From: Squalus acanthias
Lineage: Eukaryota
Direction: 5' to 3'
Length of the DNA stretch: 64,000 nt
Assembly: GCA_030390025.1 (NCBI GenBank)
Contig: JASTWF010000034.1
Location: 2,108,001 to 2,172,000, forward strand
Part shown: one piece after another, positions 24,788 through 35,579 of the stretch
Layout of the letters: each line of letters opens with the position of its first letter
How positions within the stretch are numbered: position 1 is the stretch's first letter
The notes under the pieces: model-generated
Database searches by the model: none
What the model was told of the DNA's origin: nothing
The model's input: the letters and a program-made list of their open reading frames with translations, nothing else
Translations under genes and position numbers: made by a program

Positions 24788-26943
24788 ATGGCGAGCACAT
24801 CTTCGTCGGTGGCGGGGGCAGCGAGGACGTATGCGAGCGTGGCAGCCGCGGCCACGGCCGCAGCCACGAGTCCTCCTGTTACCCCGTCACCTTTTACCCT
24901 CCTTACGAGGAAGAATGGGGTCAAGAGCTACACTCACCCCAACATGACTATAGAGGCGTGTGTTAAAGCCATGGCTGGGGTTGTCGGCCCTTCAGCCATC
25001 GTCGCCGCCTCTAAAATGTACGGCAAGGCTGTGTTCTTCCTGGGGTCGGAGCGGGCGGTGTCCCTGGCCATCGAGAAGGGGCTCACCGTGGGCGGGACCT
25101 TCCTGCCGGTGGACCCCCTTGAGGCCACCGCGCAAAGGATTGTGGTTTCCAACGTCCCGCCCTTTGTTCCGGGTGAGCTCCTCCTCCCCCACCTACGCCA
25201 ACTGGGGGAGGTGAGGTCGGGGATCACACCCATCCCGCTCGGCTTCCGGGAAGCCAGCCTTCGGCACGTCTTCTCCTTCCGGCGCCAGCTTTTCGTCCGG
25301 CTGGCGCGGGAGGAGGACGCGGACGGTGCGTTCACGGTGCTCCACGGGGGGACCGCCCACCGCGTCTTCTGGACCTCGGACGGCGTGCGGTGCTATGCCT
25401 GTAAGGAGGTGGGGCACGTCCGCAAAAACTGCCCCGCCTCCAAGGCCGCCACGACACCTAGCGCGGCCAGGGCTGGCGCCGCCGCCCCCCCTCCCCCTGA
25501 TACTGTCCGCGCATCGAAGACCACGCATGCGCGGTCGAAATCGGAGGCCAACACCATCACGGCCTCCGGCGGGGGGGAGGGAGAGCATCCGAGGGGAAGG
25601 AAGGCGCGTAGAAGAAATAAACACCTAAGGGCGGGTCCCCTCGTGGAGGAAACATCCGAGTTGACCGAACTCACGCCCGAGTACATCGCGGAGTTGATCG
25701 GGACGCATGAGACTGGGGGGGTCCTCGTGCCCGGGCCCGTGACCATGACCGCATCTGCCAAGGCAGCTGAATCAAGACCTGCGGCCGGGCTCGGGCCCGA
25801 GGGGCCCAAGAAACCCAGTCGTCGGAAGGGGGCAGAGAGGGAGGCCCCAGCAGACATGGAGGCCTCCCCCTCTCCGGGCCCCAATATGTTAAAAAGGAAG
25901 CTCGACCCCCCAGGAGGAGGACTGCGAGGAGGAAGGTCCCTCTGCAGAAGGGGAGTCATCGCCCGCCTCGGGTGCTGCGCCCCACCCCACCACCGTCATC
26001 GTCGCGCGCGAGCGGCAGGGGTCGCCTGTCCCTCGGGAGGGTGAGACAGCCGAGTCTGTCCGACCTGTGCCTCCCGGGGATGGGGAAGAGACCCTGCCCG
26101 TGGGGGGGGGCGCGGAACAACCCGCGGAGGGAAATGTAGTTCCGGAACCGTTGCTCCTCGCCGGATCGGGCGTCCTGGGGACTGGGGCGGGCGAGGCCAA
26201 AGAGGCTGAAGCCGAGCACGCCTTTTATAACCCAGATATCTCCCAGGGACTGCTCGACCTGGTGGAGGAGTATAACAATCCCCAGCCCGCTGGGTCGGAG
26301 GTTGGTGGCGGGGAGACAGAAAGCCCCCTGACTCCGTCTCTGATGTTGGCGCCGGACGTACTGGAGGAATTTGAGATTATTTTCTCCCCGGTTTCTCCGG
26401 TCGCTCCGGCGCCTGAGGCGGGGGGGGGGGCCCGAACCGCCGCCGCCTCCCGGCCCGGCGCCCCTGAAGGAGCCCAGGGTGGACTCCTCTGCCACCGATC
26501 CTGGGGGTGGGATCGTGACGGAGGCGGGGCTGGCCGGTGCGGCCGAGCCGTTCGCTGCACCCCGTGTGACGGACGGGTTGGCCGCCGGTGACGACCTCCC
26601 GGAGGAGGACGGGGACTCGGTGTTGGGCACCGAGGATGATTTGGAGTCCATCAGCAGCGAGGCGATGGACGCCCTCGTACCCTTCACCGACTCTCCCCTC
26701 ATCCCCGTAGGGGAACTCTGGGATTTTATGGCCATGAGCCAGGGTCGTCACAAGAAGATCCGGCTGGCCCTCGACAAGTGGTCGGAGCTGGCGCTGCTCG
26801 TCGTGTCCGTCCGCGCCGCCGTTAAAATCATGGGCGCGGACAAGGACGTTGGTCGGCTCGAGCTGCGTCGGCTCAAGAGTTTCCACACTGGGCTGCTGAG
26901 GGAGTGGCGGTCGTCAGTGACCGCGCTCCCTCCCCTCCGTTAG
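24788..26943 (+). pseudogene. Tx1 ORF1 (gag-like RNA-binding protein), broken by two frameshifts
   Basis: ATG at 24788; LTRKNGVK..IEACVKAMAGVVGPSAIVAASKMYGKAVFFL, VSNVPPF, FSFRRQ and knuckle CYACKEVGHVRKNC. The reading frame continues via ORFs 26067..26591 and 26371..26943, with shifts near the C6 run (25906-25911) and G11 run (26420-26430). Confidence 0.85.
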
Positions 26944-26968
26944 GTAGAGGTTGCACTATGCTTCTGAG

Positions 26969-29900
26969 ATGAAGATAACCATAGCCAGCCTCAACATCAA
27001 CGGCAGCAGGGAGGCGCGCCGTAGATTCAATAATTTCTCGGTCCTTCGGGACGGGAAATATGCGGTGTGTTTCCTGCAAGAAACCCACACTGTTCCGGGA
27101 GACGAGGCCACGTGGCTCCTGGAGTGGCAAGGAGGGGTCAGCATGAGTCACCTCTCTAACAATTCCTGCGGGGTGGCTGTCTTGCTGGCCCCGCATTTTC
27201 AGCCGGAGATCTTGAGGGTCAAGGAGCACGTGCCGGGCCGCTTGCTCCAGGTCACTGTTCGCCTGGGAGGCGTGCCGCTCCATTTAGTGAACGTGTACGC
27301 CCCCCGGACCGGTGCGCAGCAAGTGCGCTTCTTCGGAGAAGTGTCCGCTCTTCTGGGCTCCATCGACGTGGGCGAGTGCGTCATCCTCGGGGGGGATTTC
27401 AATTGTACCCTCGAGGCGCGGGACCGGTCGGGTCCCCCGCGAAGCCCGGCGGCGATGGAGAAGTTGCGGGACCTGGTCGGGTCCTTCGACTTGGTGGACG
27501 TCTGGCGAAATCTCCATCCCGACTCCAGCGCCTTCACGAGCGTGAGGTCTGGAGGAGGAAGGTCCAGAATCGACCACCTTTACATTTCCCGGGCGTACGT
27601 CTCCTGCGTTCCGGCGGCTTCCATGCGGCCGGTGCCGTGCACGGACCACCACCTGGTGTGGGCGGAGCTCGCTCCGCTGCGCGCGCGGGGGGGGTCCGCG
27701 TACTGGCATTTTAACAACCTGCTGCTGGAGGACGCGCGGTTCCGGGATTCGTTTCGCCGGTTCTGGGCCGACTGGAGAAGGAAGCGGGGAGGCTTCCCCT
27801 CCTTGAGGCTATGGTGGGACGTGGGCAAGGCTCACGTCCGCGTCTTCTGTCAGGAGTACGCGAAGGGGTCGACCAAGAGGCGGGAGGCCCTGGTCGGGCG
27901 ATTGGAGAAAGAAGTGCTCGACCTGGAGTCCCGTCTCGGTCAAGTCGTCGAGGACCCGGCCCTGCGGAAGGTGTACGAAGAGAAGAAGGGCGCACTGAAG
28001 GACCTGCAGCTGGTCGGGTCCCGAGGCACGTACGTGAGGTCGCGGATCCAGTTCCTGCGGGACCTGGACCGCGGCTCCCCCTTCTTCTACTCGCTGGAAA
28101 AAAGACGGGGGGTCCGTAAGCAGCTCTTGGGGCTGCTGGCCGACGACGGATCTCTGGTCTCGGATCCGGAGGGCATCAGCGCGGAGGCCCGGGCCTATTA
28201 CGGGGCTCTGTTCTCTTCGGATCCGTCCAGCAAGGATGCGCGCAGAGTTTTGTGGGAGGACCTGCCGAAGGTCGGCCCGGAGGGCGCCGAGAATTTAGAA
28301 GCTCCGCTAAGCCTGGCGGAGCTGACCGGCGCCCTGCGCCAGCTCTCGAGGGGCAAGTCCCCGGGGCTGGACGGGCTGACCGTGGAGTTCCACAGGGCGT
28401 TCTGGGACGTCTTGGGGGACGACTACGCGCGGGTCCTGGGGGAAAGTCTGGCGACCGGGGAGATGCCCCTCTCTTGGCGCAGGGCGGTCATCGTCCTGCT
28501 GCCCAAGAAGGGCGATCTCCGCCTACTTAAGAACTGGCGCTCGGTCTCCCTCCTCAGCACGGACTACAAAATTTTCGCCAGGGCTATGTCTGCTCGCCTT
28601 GGCACCGTGCTGGCCCGCATGATCCACCCCGACCAGTCCTACACGGTCCCGGGCCGGAGTATCCACGATAACATCCATCTGGTCCGGGACCTGATCCACC
28701 ATTCCCAGAGGGCTGGTCTGTCGGTCGCCTTCCTTTCCCTGGATCAGGAGAAGGTGTTCGACAGGGTGGATCACGAGTATCTTTTCGGGACTCTGCGCGC
28801 ATTCGGGTTCGGGACGCATTTCGTCGCCCGGATCCGACTTCTGTACGCCGCCGCGGAGTGTCTCATTAAAGTTAACGGGTCTTTGACGGCGCCCCTTCGC
28901 TTCGGGAGGGGGGTGCGTCAGGGATGCCCCATGTCCGGTCAGTTATACGCCGTTTGCGTGGAGCCTTTCCTGCGCCTCTTGCGGAAGAGGTTGACGGGAC
29001 TGGCTCTGCAAGGGCCGGGCGTGGAGGTGGTCCTCTCGGCTTACGCCGATGACGTGCTCCTCGCGGTCACGGATCCCGTCGACTTGCGGAGGATGCGAGA
29101 ATGCCAGCAGATTTACTCGGACGCATCCTCCGCCAAGATCAACTGGGAGAAATGTTCTGGACTCCTGGTGGGCCCATGGCAGGTGGACTCCCTGCCGGAG
29201 GAGTTCGGGCCTTTCGCCTGGAGCACCACGCACCTCCTCTACCTGGGAGTCTACCTCAGCCCGGCCGAGGACGCCTGGCCGGCGAACTGGCAAGAGCTGG
29301 AGGCCAAAGTCACCGCTCGCCTAGGGCGCTGGACAGGACTGCTCCGAGTGTTGTCCTACAGGGGTCGAGCGCTGGTCATAAACCAGCTGGTGGCCGCCAT
29401 GTTGTGGTACCGGTTGGTCACTTTGATCCCTCCCCCTGCGTTTGTCGCCAAGATGCAGAAGAAGCTCGTCGACTTCTTCTGGGACAAAAGGAAGCACTGG
29501 GTCTCTGCCGCGGTTTTGAGTCTCCCGCTTAGGGAGGGCGGTCAGGCGCTGGTGTGCCTTCGCACCCAGGCGGCGACTTTCCGTCTTCAGACGCTGCAGA
29601 GATACCTGTACGTGGAGAATCCTCCTAGGTGGCGTGCGCTGGCGACGTATTTCTTCCGCCAGCTGCACGGCCTCAATTACGACACGCAGCTCCTGTTTGT
29701 GAGAGTGGGTGGCACGCGTGCCAGCCTGCGGGAGCTGCCTGTCTTCTACCAGGAACTGCTATGGGTTTGGAACAGCGTCGCCTCCGAGCGCAGTTCTCCC
29801 CCGTCTGGAGTGGCGGCCGTCCTTCGGGAGCCGCTGTTCAGGAATCCGCACCTCCACGACCGCGGGTTCGGCTGGCTGGCGGAGGGCAGGGCTGTGCCCG

Positions 29901-30868
29901 GTAAGGTGACCAGAGTCGGGGACCTGCTCGATGGCGGAGGAGCGGGCTGGATGGCGCCGGAGGAGTTGGCGAGGCGCATGTCCTGGGTCAACGTCCGGCT
30001 CGCGGTCAAAACCATCGAGTCGCTAAAAGTGGCACTGGGCCCCGTCTCCACTAGGTGTGTCGAGGAGGCTCAGGCACGTGGGGCGATCCCGTCCGAACTG
30101 ACCCCCGTTCGGACGGAATTCCTTATCGGCGCCCGGCCCCGAATCCTCCCTCGGGAGCCGCCGCCTCACCACTTGAGCCTTCTCGGAGAAATGCCCTCCG
30201 TGCCCTTTCAATCCGCACGGAGGCGTTTCCTGTACGGGCTGCTCCTGCACACTCTCCACTTTGCCATCTTCGTCTGCCGTCCGGACACGCCTTGGCGTAC
30301 CATCCTGCTGTCCGGCGGAGGCGAAGGTCCCCATTGGAAGGCTCTCTACGCGGGAGTCTTCCCTTGTTCTATTGGGGACTTGGCCTGGAGGGTGTTGCAC
30401 GGAGCAGTCCCGTGCAATAGGATTTTAAGTAGGTTTACGGACTCCCAGGCTGCTTGCCATTTCTGCGGCCTGGAGGAGTCCGTCTATCACATTTATATTG
30501 AGTGTGAGAGGTTGCAGCCCCTCTTTCATTATTTGAAGGGGCTGCTCCTCAATTTCTGGTTGCACTTCAGCCCCACGCTCCTGATCTACGGTCACCCGGT
30601 GCGGAGGGGAGCGGGTAGGTCGGAGGACCTCCTCGTAGGACTGCTCCTGGGCCTGGCCAAGAAAGCCATTAATTGGTCCAGGCAGCGGGCGGTCGAGGGG
30701 GTCGTTCGGCCCGATTGCCTGCCTCTCTTCCGCGGCCATGTTCGCGCCCGGGTGGCCCTGGAGATGGAGCACGCGGTGTCCGCCGGCACGCTTGAGTTTT
30801 TCCGCGACCGGTGGGCGCCGCGTGGGCTGGAGTGCATCGTCACCCCGGACTTCCAAATTTTGATTTGA
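26969..30868 (+). CDS. Tx1 ORF2: APE endonuclease, reverse transcriptase and C-terminal zinc finger (1299 aa from the ATG)
   Basis: Uninterrupted ORF with SLNING, FLQETH, NVYAP, GGDFN, SRIDH and TDH (APE); KSPGLDGL, DQEKVFDRV, GVRQGCPMS, YADDV and YLGV (RT); CHFCGLEESVYHIYIEC. Confidence 0.97.
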   Translation: MKITIASLNINGSREARRRFNNFSVLRDGKYAVCFLQETHTVPGDEATWLLEWQGGVSMSHLSNNSCGVAVLLAPHFQPEILRVKEHVPGRLLQVTVRLGGVPLHLVNVYAPRTGAQQVRFFGEVSALLGSIDVGECVILGGDFNCTLEARDRSGPPRSPAAMEKLRDLVGSFDLVDVWRNLHPDSSAFTSVRSGGGRSRIDHLYISRAYVSCVPAASMRPVPCTDHHLVWAELAPLRARGGSAYWHFNNLLLEDARFRDSFRRFWADWRRKRGGFPSLRLWWDVGKAHVRVFCQEYAKGSTKRREALVGRLEKEVLDLESRLGQVVEDPALRKVYEEKKGALKDLQLVGSRGTYVRSRIQFLRDLDRGSPFFYSLEKRRGVRKQLLGLLADDGSLVSDPEGISAEARAYYGALFSSDPSSKDARRVLWEDLPKVGPEGAENLEAPLSLAELTGALRQLSRGKSPGLDGLTVEFHRAFWDVLGDDYARVLGESLATGEMPLSWRRAVIVLLPKKGDLRLLKNWRSVSLLSTDYKIFARAMSARLGTVLARMIHPDQSYTVPGRSIHDNIHLVRDLIHHSQRAGLSVAFLSLDQEKVFDRVDHEYLFGTLRAFGFGTHFVARIRLLYAAAECLIKVNGSLTAPLRFGRGVRQGCPMSGQLYAVCVEPFLRLLRKRLTGLALQGPGVEVVLSAYADDVLLAVTDPVDLRRMRECQQIYSDASSAKINWEKCSGLLVGPWQVDSLPEEFGPFAWSTTHLLYLGVYLSPAEDAWPANWQELEAKVTARLGRWTGLLRVLSYRGRALVINQLVAAMLWYRLVTLIPPPAFVAKMQKKLVDFFWDKRKHWVSAAVLSLPLREGGQALVCLRTQAATFRLQTLQRYLYVENPPRWRALATYFFRQLHGLNYDTQLLFVRVGGTRASLRELPVFYQELLWVWNSVASERSSPPSGVAAVLREPLFRNPHLHDRGFGWLAEGRAVPGKVTRVGDLLDGGGAGWMAPEELARRMSWVNVRLAVKTIESLKVALGPVSTRCVEEAQARGAIPSELTPVRTEFLIGARPRILPREPPPHHLSLLGEMPSVPFQSARRRFLYGLLLHTLHFAIFVCRPDTPWRTILLSGGGEGPHWKALYAGVFPCSIGDLAWRVLHGAVPCNRILSRFTDSQAACHFCGLEESVYHIYIECERLQPLFHYLKGLLLNFWLHFSPTLLIYGHPVRRGAGRSEDLLVGLLLGLAKKAINWSRQRAVEGVVRPDCLPLFRGHVRARVALEMEHAVSAGTLEFFRDRWAPRGLECIVTPDFQILI

Positions 30869-30971
30869 TTTATTAAGTTTCATTTAAAGTTTTAATTGAT
30901 TTACAGTAAATTTTGATTTGTCCAACCAAAAAGAGCAACACCAGGTTATAGTCCAACAGTTTTATTTGAAA

Positions 30972-31010
30972 TCACAAGCTTTCGGAGCTTACTACTCCTT
31001 CGTCGGGTGA
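30972..31010 (-). ncRNA. Minimal type I hammerhead ribozyme motif in the inverted Penelope pseudo-LTR
   Basis: Exact reverse complement of 32253-32291. Confidence 0.65.
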
Positions 31011-32252
31011 AGTAAAGAGATACAGAATCGCCAAAGCATATATAGATAGAGAACAATGCATGTGTACCTTACAATTGCAGACAACTAAATTAAATCATCC
31101 TGACTGTTTATCTGCCGAGGTGTGATAAAGTTAATCAGGTCAGCCAGGAAGGTACCACATCAAAGACATAGCAAGATACAACTGAGACAATGAGGTGGAG
31201 TCGCAGGGGGTCTAACGTGTCAAAAGCTGCCGTCTGTATGTAAAACGATAAGCTTTAAAATTTTTACTTTTTTACTGGGAATCACATCTGTGAACAAGCC
31301 AACGAAGACTCGAGTCCGGATCACGTCATGTATCGTGACATAAACAACGCCATGTTCTTCGCAGCCTTCAACATGTCATCGATGACGACAAACACCTCGC
31401 TAAGGCCATCCCCACGCCTCCACTACTTGCCTTCAAACAGCCGCCTAACCTCAAGTACCATCGTTCGCAGCAAATTACCCAGCTTTCAGGATAACAGCGA
31501 CCACGACACCACACAACCCTGCCACGGCAAACTCTGCAAGACATGCCAGATCATCAACACAGATACCACCATCACACGTGAGGACACTACCCACCAGGTA
31601 CATGGTACATACTCATGTGACTCGGCCAACGTTGTCTACCTCATACGTTGCAGGAAAGAATGCACCGCGGCATGGTACATCGGCGAGACCATGCAGACAC
31701 TGAGACAACGTATGAACGAGCACCGCGCAACAATCGCCAGGCAGGATTGTTACCTCCCACTCGGGGAACACTTCAGCAGTCAAGGACATTCAGCCTCGGA
31801 TCTGCGGGTAAGCGTTCTCCAAGGCGACCTTAGGAACACACGACAACGCAAAATCATCGAGCAGAAACTGATAGCCAAGTGTCGCACTCATGAAGACGGT
31901 CTCAACCGGGATCTTGGGTTTATGTCACGATACATGACGTGATCCGGACTCGAGTCTTCGTTGGCTTGTTCACAGATGTGATTCCCAGTAAAAAAGTAAA
32001 AATTTTAAAGCTTATCGTTTTACATACAGACGGCAGCTTTTGACACGTTAGACCTCCTGCGACTCCACCTCATTGTCTCAGTTGTATCTTGCTATGTCTT
32101 TGATGTGGTACCTTCCTGGCTGACCTGATTAACTTTATCACACCTCGGCAGATAAACAGTCAGGATGATTTAATTTAGTTGTCTGCAATTGTAAGGTACA
32201 CATGCATTGTTCTCTATCTATATATGCTTTGGCGATTCTGTATCTCTTTACT

Positions 32253-32291
32253 TCACCCGACGAAGGAGTAGTAAGCTCCGAAAGCTTGTGA
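32253..32291 (+). ncRNA. Minimal type I hammerhead ribozyme motif in the Penelope 3' pseudo-LTR
   Basis: TCAC-CCGACGA-A-GGAG-tagtaag-CTCC-GAAA-GCTT-GTGA: stem I TCAC/GTGA, stem II GGAG/CTCC, GAAA box and palindromic AGCT in place of stem III. The core reads CCGACGA instead of canonical CUGANGA. Confidence 0.7.
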
Positions 32292-32338
32292 TTTCAAATA
32301 AAACTGTTGGACTATAACCTGGTGTTGTGCGACCTCTC

Positions 32339-33345
32339 AGTGTTTGATGGGACAGTGTAGAAGCAGCTTTACACTGTATCAAACGTGGTCTGAACCTGCC
32401 CTGGTAGTGTTTGATGGGACAGTGTAGAGGCAGCTTTACTCTGCATCTAATACAAGCTGTACCTGCCCCGGGAGCATTTGATGGGACATTGTAGAGGGAG
32501 CTTTACTCTGTGTCTAACCTGTGCTGTACCTGCAGTGGGAGTGTTTGATGCGACAGTGTGGAGAGAGCTTTACTCTATCTAACGCGTGCTGTAACTGCCC
32601 TGAGGGTTTGATGGGACATTGTAGAGGGAGCTTTACTCTGTATCGAACCCGTGCTGTACCTGTCCTGGGAGTGATTTGATGGGATAGTGTAGAGGGAGAT
32701 TTACTCTTTATCTAATCCTGCTTTAACTGCCTTGGGAGTGTTTGATGGGTTAGTGCAGAGGGAGCTTTACTCTGTATGAAACATCGTCTGAACCTGCCCT
32801 GTGGGTGTTTGATGGGACAGTGTAGAGGAGTTTTACTCTGTATCTAACCCGTGCTGTACCTGCCCTGGGAGTGTTTGATGAGACAGTGTAAAGGGAGCTT
32901 TACTCGGCATCTAACCCGTATTACACGTGTCCTGGGAGTGAGTTGATGGGATAGTGTAGAGGGAATTTTACTCTGTATCTAACCCATGCTGTACATGCCC
33001 TGGGAGAGTTTGATGGGACAGTGTAGAGGGAGCTTTACTCTGTATCTAACCCATGGTGTTCCTGCCCTGGGAGTGTTTGATGGGACCTTGTAGAGGGAGC
33101 TTTACTCTGTATCAAGCTTGGTCTGAACCTTCCCTGAGAGTGTTTGATGAGACAGTTTAGTGACAGCTTTACTCTGAATTCAACACATGCTGTACCTGCC
33201 CTGGGTGTGTTTGATGGGACATTGTAGAGGAAGCTTTACTCTGTTTCTAACCCGTGCTGTTCCTGCCCTGGGAATGTTTGATGGGACGTTGTTGCTGGGG
33301 CTTTACTCTGTATCTAAACCATGCTATACCTGCCCTGGAGTGTTT
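32339..33345 (+). repeat. 67-bp satellite array, ~15 units
   Basis: Tandem units visible. Confidence 0.95.
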
Positions 33346-33892
33346 ATAGAGTTATACAGCACAGAAAGAGGCCCTTCGGCCCATCCTGTCTACACCGGCC
33401 ATCAAGCCCTGTCTATTCCAATCCCATTTTCCAGCACTTGGTCCGTAGCCTTGTATGCTATGGCGTTTCAAGTGCTCATCTAAATGCTTCTTGAATGTTG
33501 TGAGCGTTCCCGCCTCTACCACCCTTTAAGGGAGTGAGCTCCAGATTTCAACCACTCTCTGGGTGAAAATGTTTTGCCTCAAATCCCCTCTAAACCTCCT
33601 GCCCCTTACCTTGAAACTATGCTCCTAGTTATTGACCCCTTTACGAAGGGAATTATTTCCTTTTTATCCACCCTAGCTATGCCCCTCATAATTTTGTACA
33701 CCTCAATCAGTTACCCCCTCAGCCTTCTCTGCTCTAAGGAAAACAACCCCATCCTGTCCAGTCTCTCTTCACAGCTGAAATGCTCCAGCCCAGGTAACAT
33801 CCTGGTGAATCTCCTCTCCACCCTCTCCAATGCAATCACATCCCTCCTATAGTGTGGCGACCAGAACTGCACATAGTATTCCAGCTGTGGCC

Positions 33893-34483
33893 TGTTAGGG
33901 AGAAATTATTTCACTCCAGTCTGTTGATGGGTAAAAGCAAAAACAGTGTATTTAATGTTCAGAGATCCCTGGGAGAAGCGTCACAGACCTTGCTCAGTCT
34001 GGTGACTACAACTTCTCGACCTCTCGTTGTCAATGACAACCTTTTATTGAAGAGTTGTCCAATCACATAGTTACAAAATATCACATGTTTACAAGTATGT
34101 CAATTCAAACTTAAACAATTAATTTGTTATATTCTAAACAATTTATGTCAGTTCAAACTAAATCATTAATTCGTTATATTTCAATTCAAACTAAATAATT
34201 ATGTTGCAAACTGAACCATTAATTTGTTATATTCTTATCTCTGTCAGTTACAAACTAAAAGCATTAATGACGTTTCTATGCAGTCTGTGGAGAGGCCCTG
34301 TGTCTGGTTTTTACAGTCTTCTATTGTGTTATGGCCTTGGATGTTGCTAAGTATCACAACGCTCAACCAGGCCTTATCTTCCACCTGGGCTCTTCTATTT
34401 CATACAGAAACGAGAACTTATTATTTTAATTTAACATGAGTTCAAATTAACTCTTTCACTCCCATTAACTCTTTCACTCCCCT
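33893..34483 (-). repeat. ERV 3' LTR, preceded on the minus strand by polypurine tract AAAAGGAGGGAA
   Basis: Direct repeat of 41185-41775; its inner terminal TGT is replaced by A residues. Confidence 0.95.
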
Positions 34484-34725
34484 TTTTCCCTCCTTTTGGT
34501 CCCGTACCAAATTAAAAATTCTGGTCAGGGATACCGACTTTCCCGCATTTATCATCCCCGGATTACATCTGTGTTGATAAATTCGCCTCTCTCTTCTATC
34601 TATCCTTGGTGTCGGGTGTCTGTATGAAAAGGAAAGAGCTTTACATTTCGATATCCTGTAGTGGCTATTCATTGCTTGGTTCAATAGTGACTACAGCAAC
34701 CGGCATCATTCTGTCCATAGCTGCC

Positions 34726-35491
34726 TTACAACATGCATTTAAAATCATCAAGGTAACAGAGTGCTATTCCAATTACAAGAATAATTATCAGTCCATGCAT
34801 CAAATATGAAACGCATGACCCCCCAAACAACCATCCCCACCAGTTTGCTCCTGCGGTTTCGTGTAACTTCCGAACTTCCCTCTGTATGTGCTCAGCCAAA
34901 TCAGTTATATTTTCTGAACTGTCAGGAATGTATGTACAGCACTCTGTCCCAATCAATCCACATGTACCCCCTTTTTCTGCTAGGAGGTAATCAAGTGCCA
35001 TTCGGTTCTGTAGCGTCACTGTCCTTATCGCTACCATCTCGGCGTTCATGTCTGTTAGAGCTTCTGCTGTATCATTCCCAACCTGTTCTAAAATCTCTGC
35101 CAACAACCGTATCTCTTTAATAGCTCTTGCGACTCCGTATGGGGGTAGATAGATCGCGAAGTATCTTTCAGCCTCATTAATTTCTCGTTTATAACGATAG
35201 GCTGGGTGTTCCTTGAGGTTTAGGCAGTGATGTACAAAGGGTACGACATACCCCAATGAAGTAAGTGTTATTATAGGCTTCATACCTACTCCATATGTTA
35301 TTCATTATCATGATTTTACCCTTCCATGGCCCCCCACTGGTCATGTTTGGAATAGTACCGAGATTCCACGTCCCATACGTGAAGGTTGCACCACCGTACC
35401 CACTCCTGGTCACCTTTAATTCATATTTCTGCTCGCATTTACTCCAACCCAATGTGAAGCAAATCAGAATGAGGCATAATGCCCAGACCAA
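34726..35491 (-). pseudogene. env: Gamma-type retroviral env remnant (SU mostly deleted, TM largely intact)
   Basis: Signal-like VWALCLILICFTLGWSKC, furin site RYKR, fusion peptide FAIYLPPYGVA, immunosuppressive domain LQNRMALDYLLAEKGGTC, CX6CC (CGLIGTECC) and membrane anchor LMHGLIIILVIGIALC. Confidence 0.95.
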
Positions 35492-35579
35492 TCCCTTTAC
35501 CAGGGGCCATTCCCATTCTGTATACAGTATCCACTCTTCCTCACTCCTATACCAGGAATTTGTTTTGTTGCGTCCATTT

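Larger units (their letters stand above)
23802..30935 (+). mobile_element. Full-length Tx1-clade (L1 group) non-LTR retrotransposon, ~7.1 kb
   Basis: ~1-kb 5' UTR, ORF1 with CCHC knuckle, intact ORF2, and short AT-rich 3' UTR ending CCAAAAAGAG; flanked by identical 54-bp direct repeats (23748-23801 and 30936-30989). Confidence 0.95.
23699..32338 (+). mobile_element. Penelope-like element: inverted 5' pseudo-LTR (23699-23801 plus 30936-31345, split by Tx1), 5'-truncated ORF with GIY-YIG endonuclease (31346-31942), 3' pseudo-LTR to 32338
   Basis: ORF 31328..31942 contains CKTCQII..YSCDSANVVYLIRCRKEC..WYIGETMQTLRQRMNEHR..GLNRDLGF (GIY-YIG). 30936-31345 is the reverse complement of 31918-32327 with about one mismatch. 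Candidate TSD AGTGTTTGATGG at 23687-23698 and 32339-32350. Confidence 0.92.

Noticed and set aside
24760..30870. GC-rich island suggesting bacterial contamination or horizontal gene transfer
   Set aside because: Fully explained by Tx1 ORF1/ORF2 with coherent junctions into the flanking Penelope sequence. The many alternate-frame and antisense ORFs follow from high GC content.
30936..32327. Terminal inverted repeats of a DNA transposon
   Set aside because: The arms are Penelope pseudo-LTRs overlapping the end of the GIY-YIG ORF; no transposase is present.
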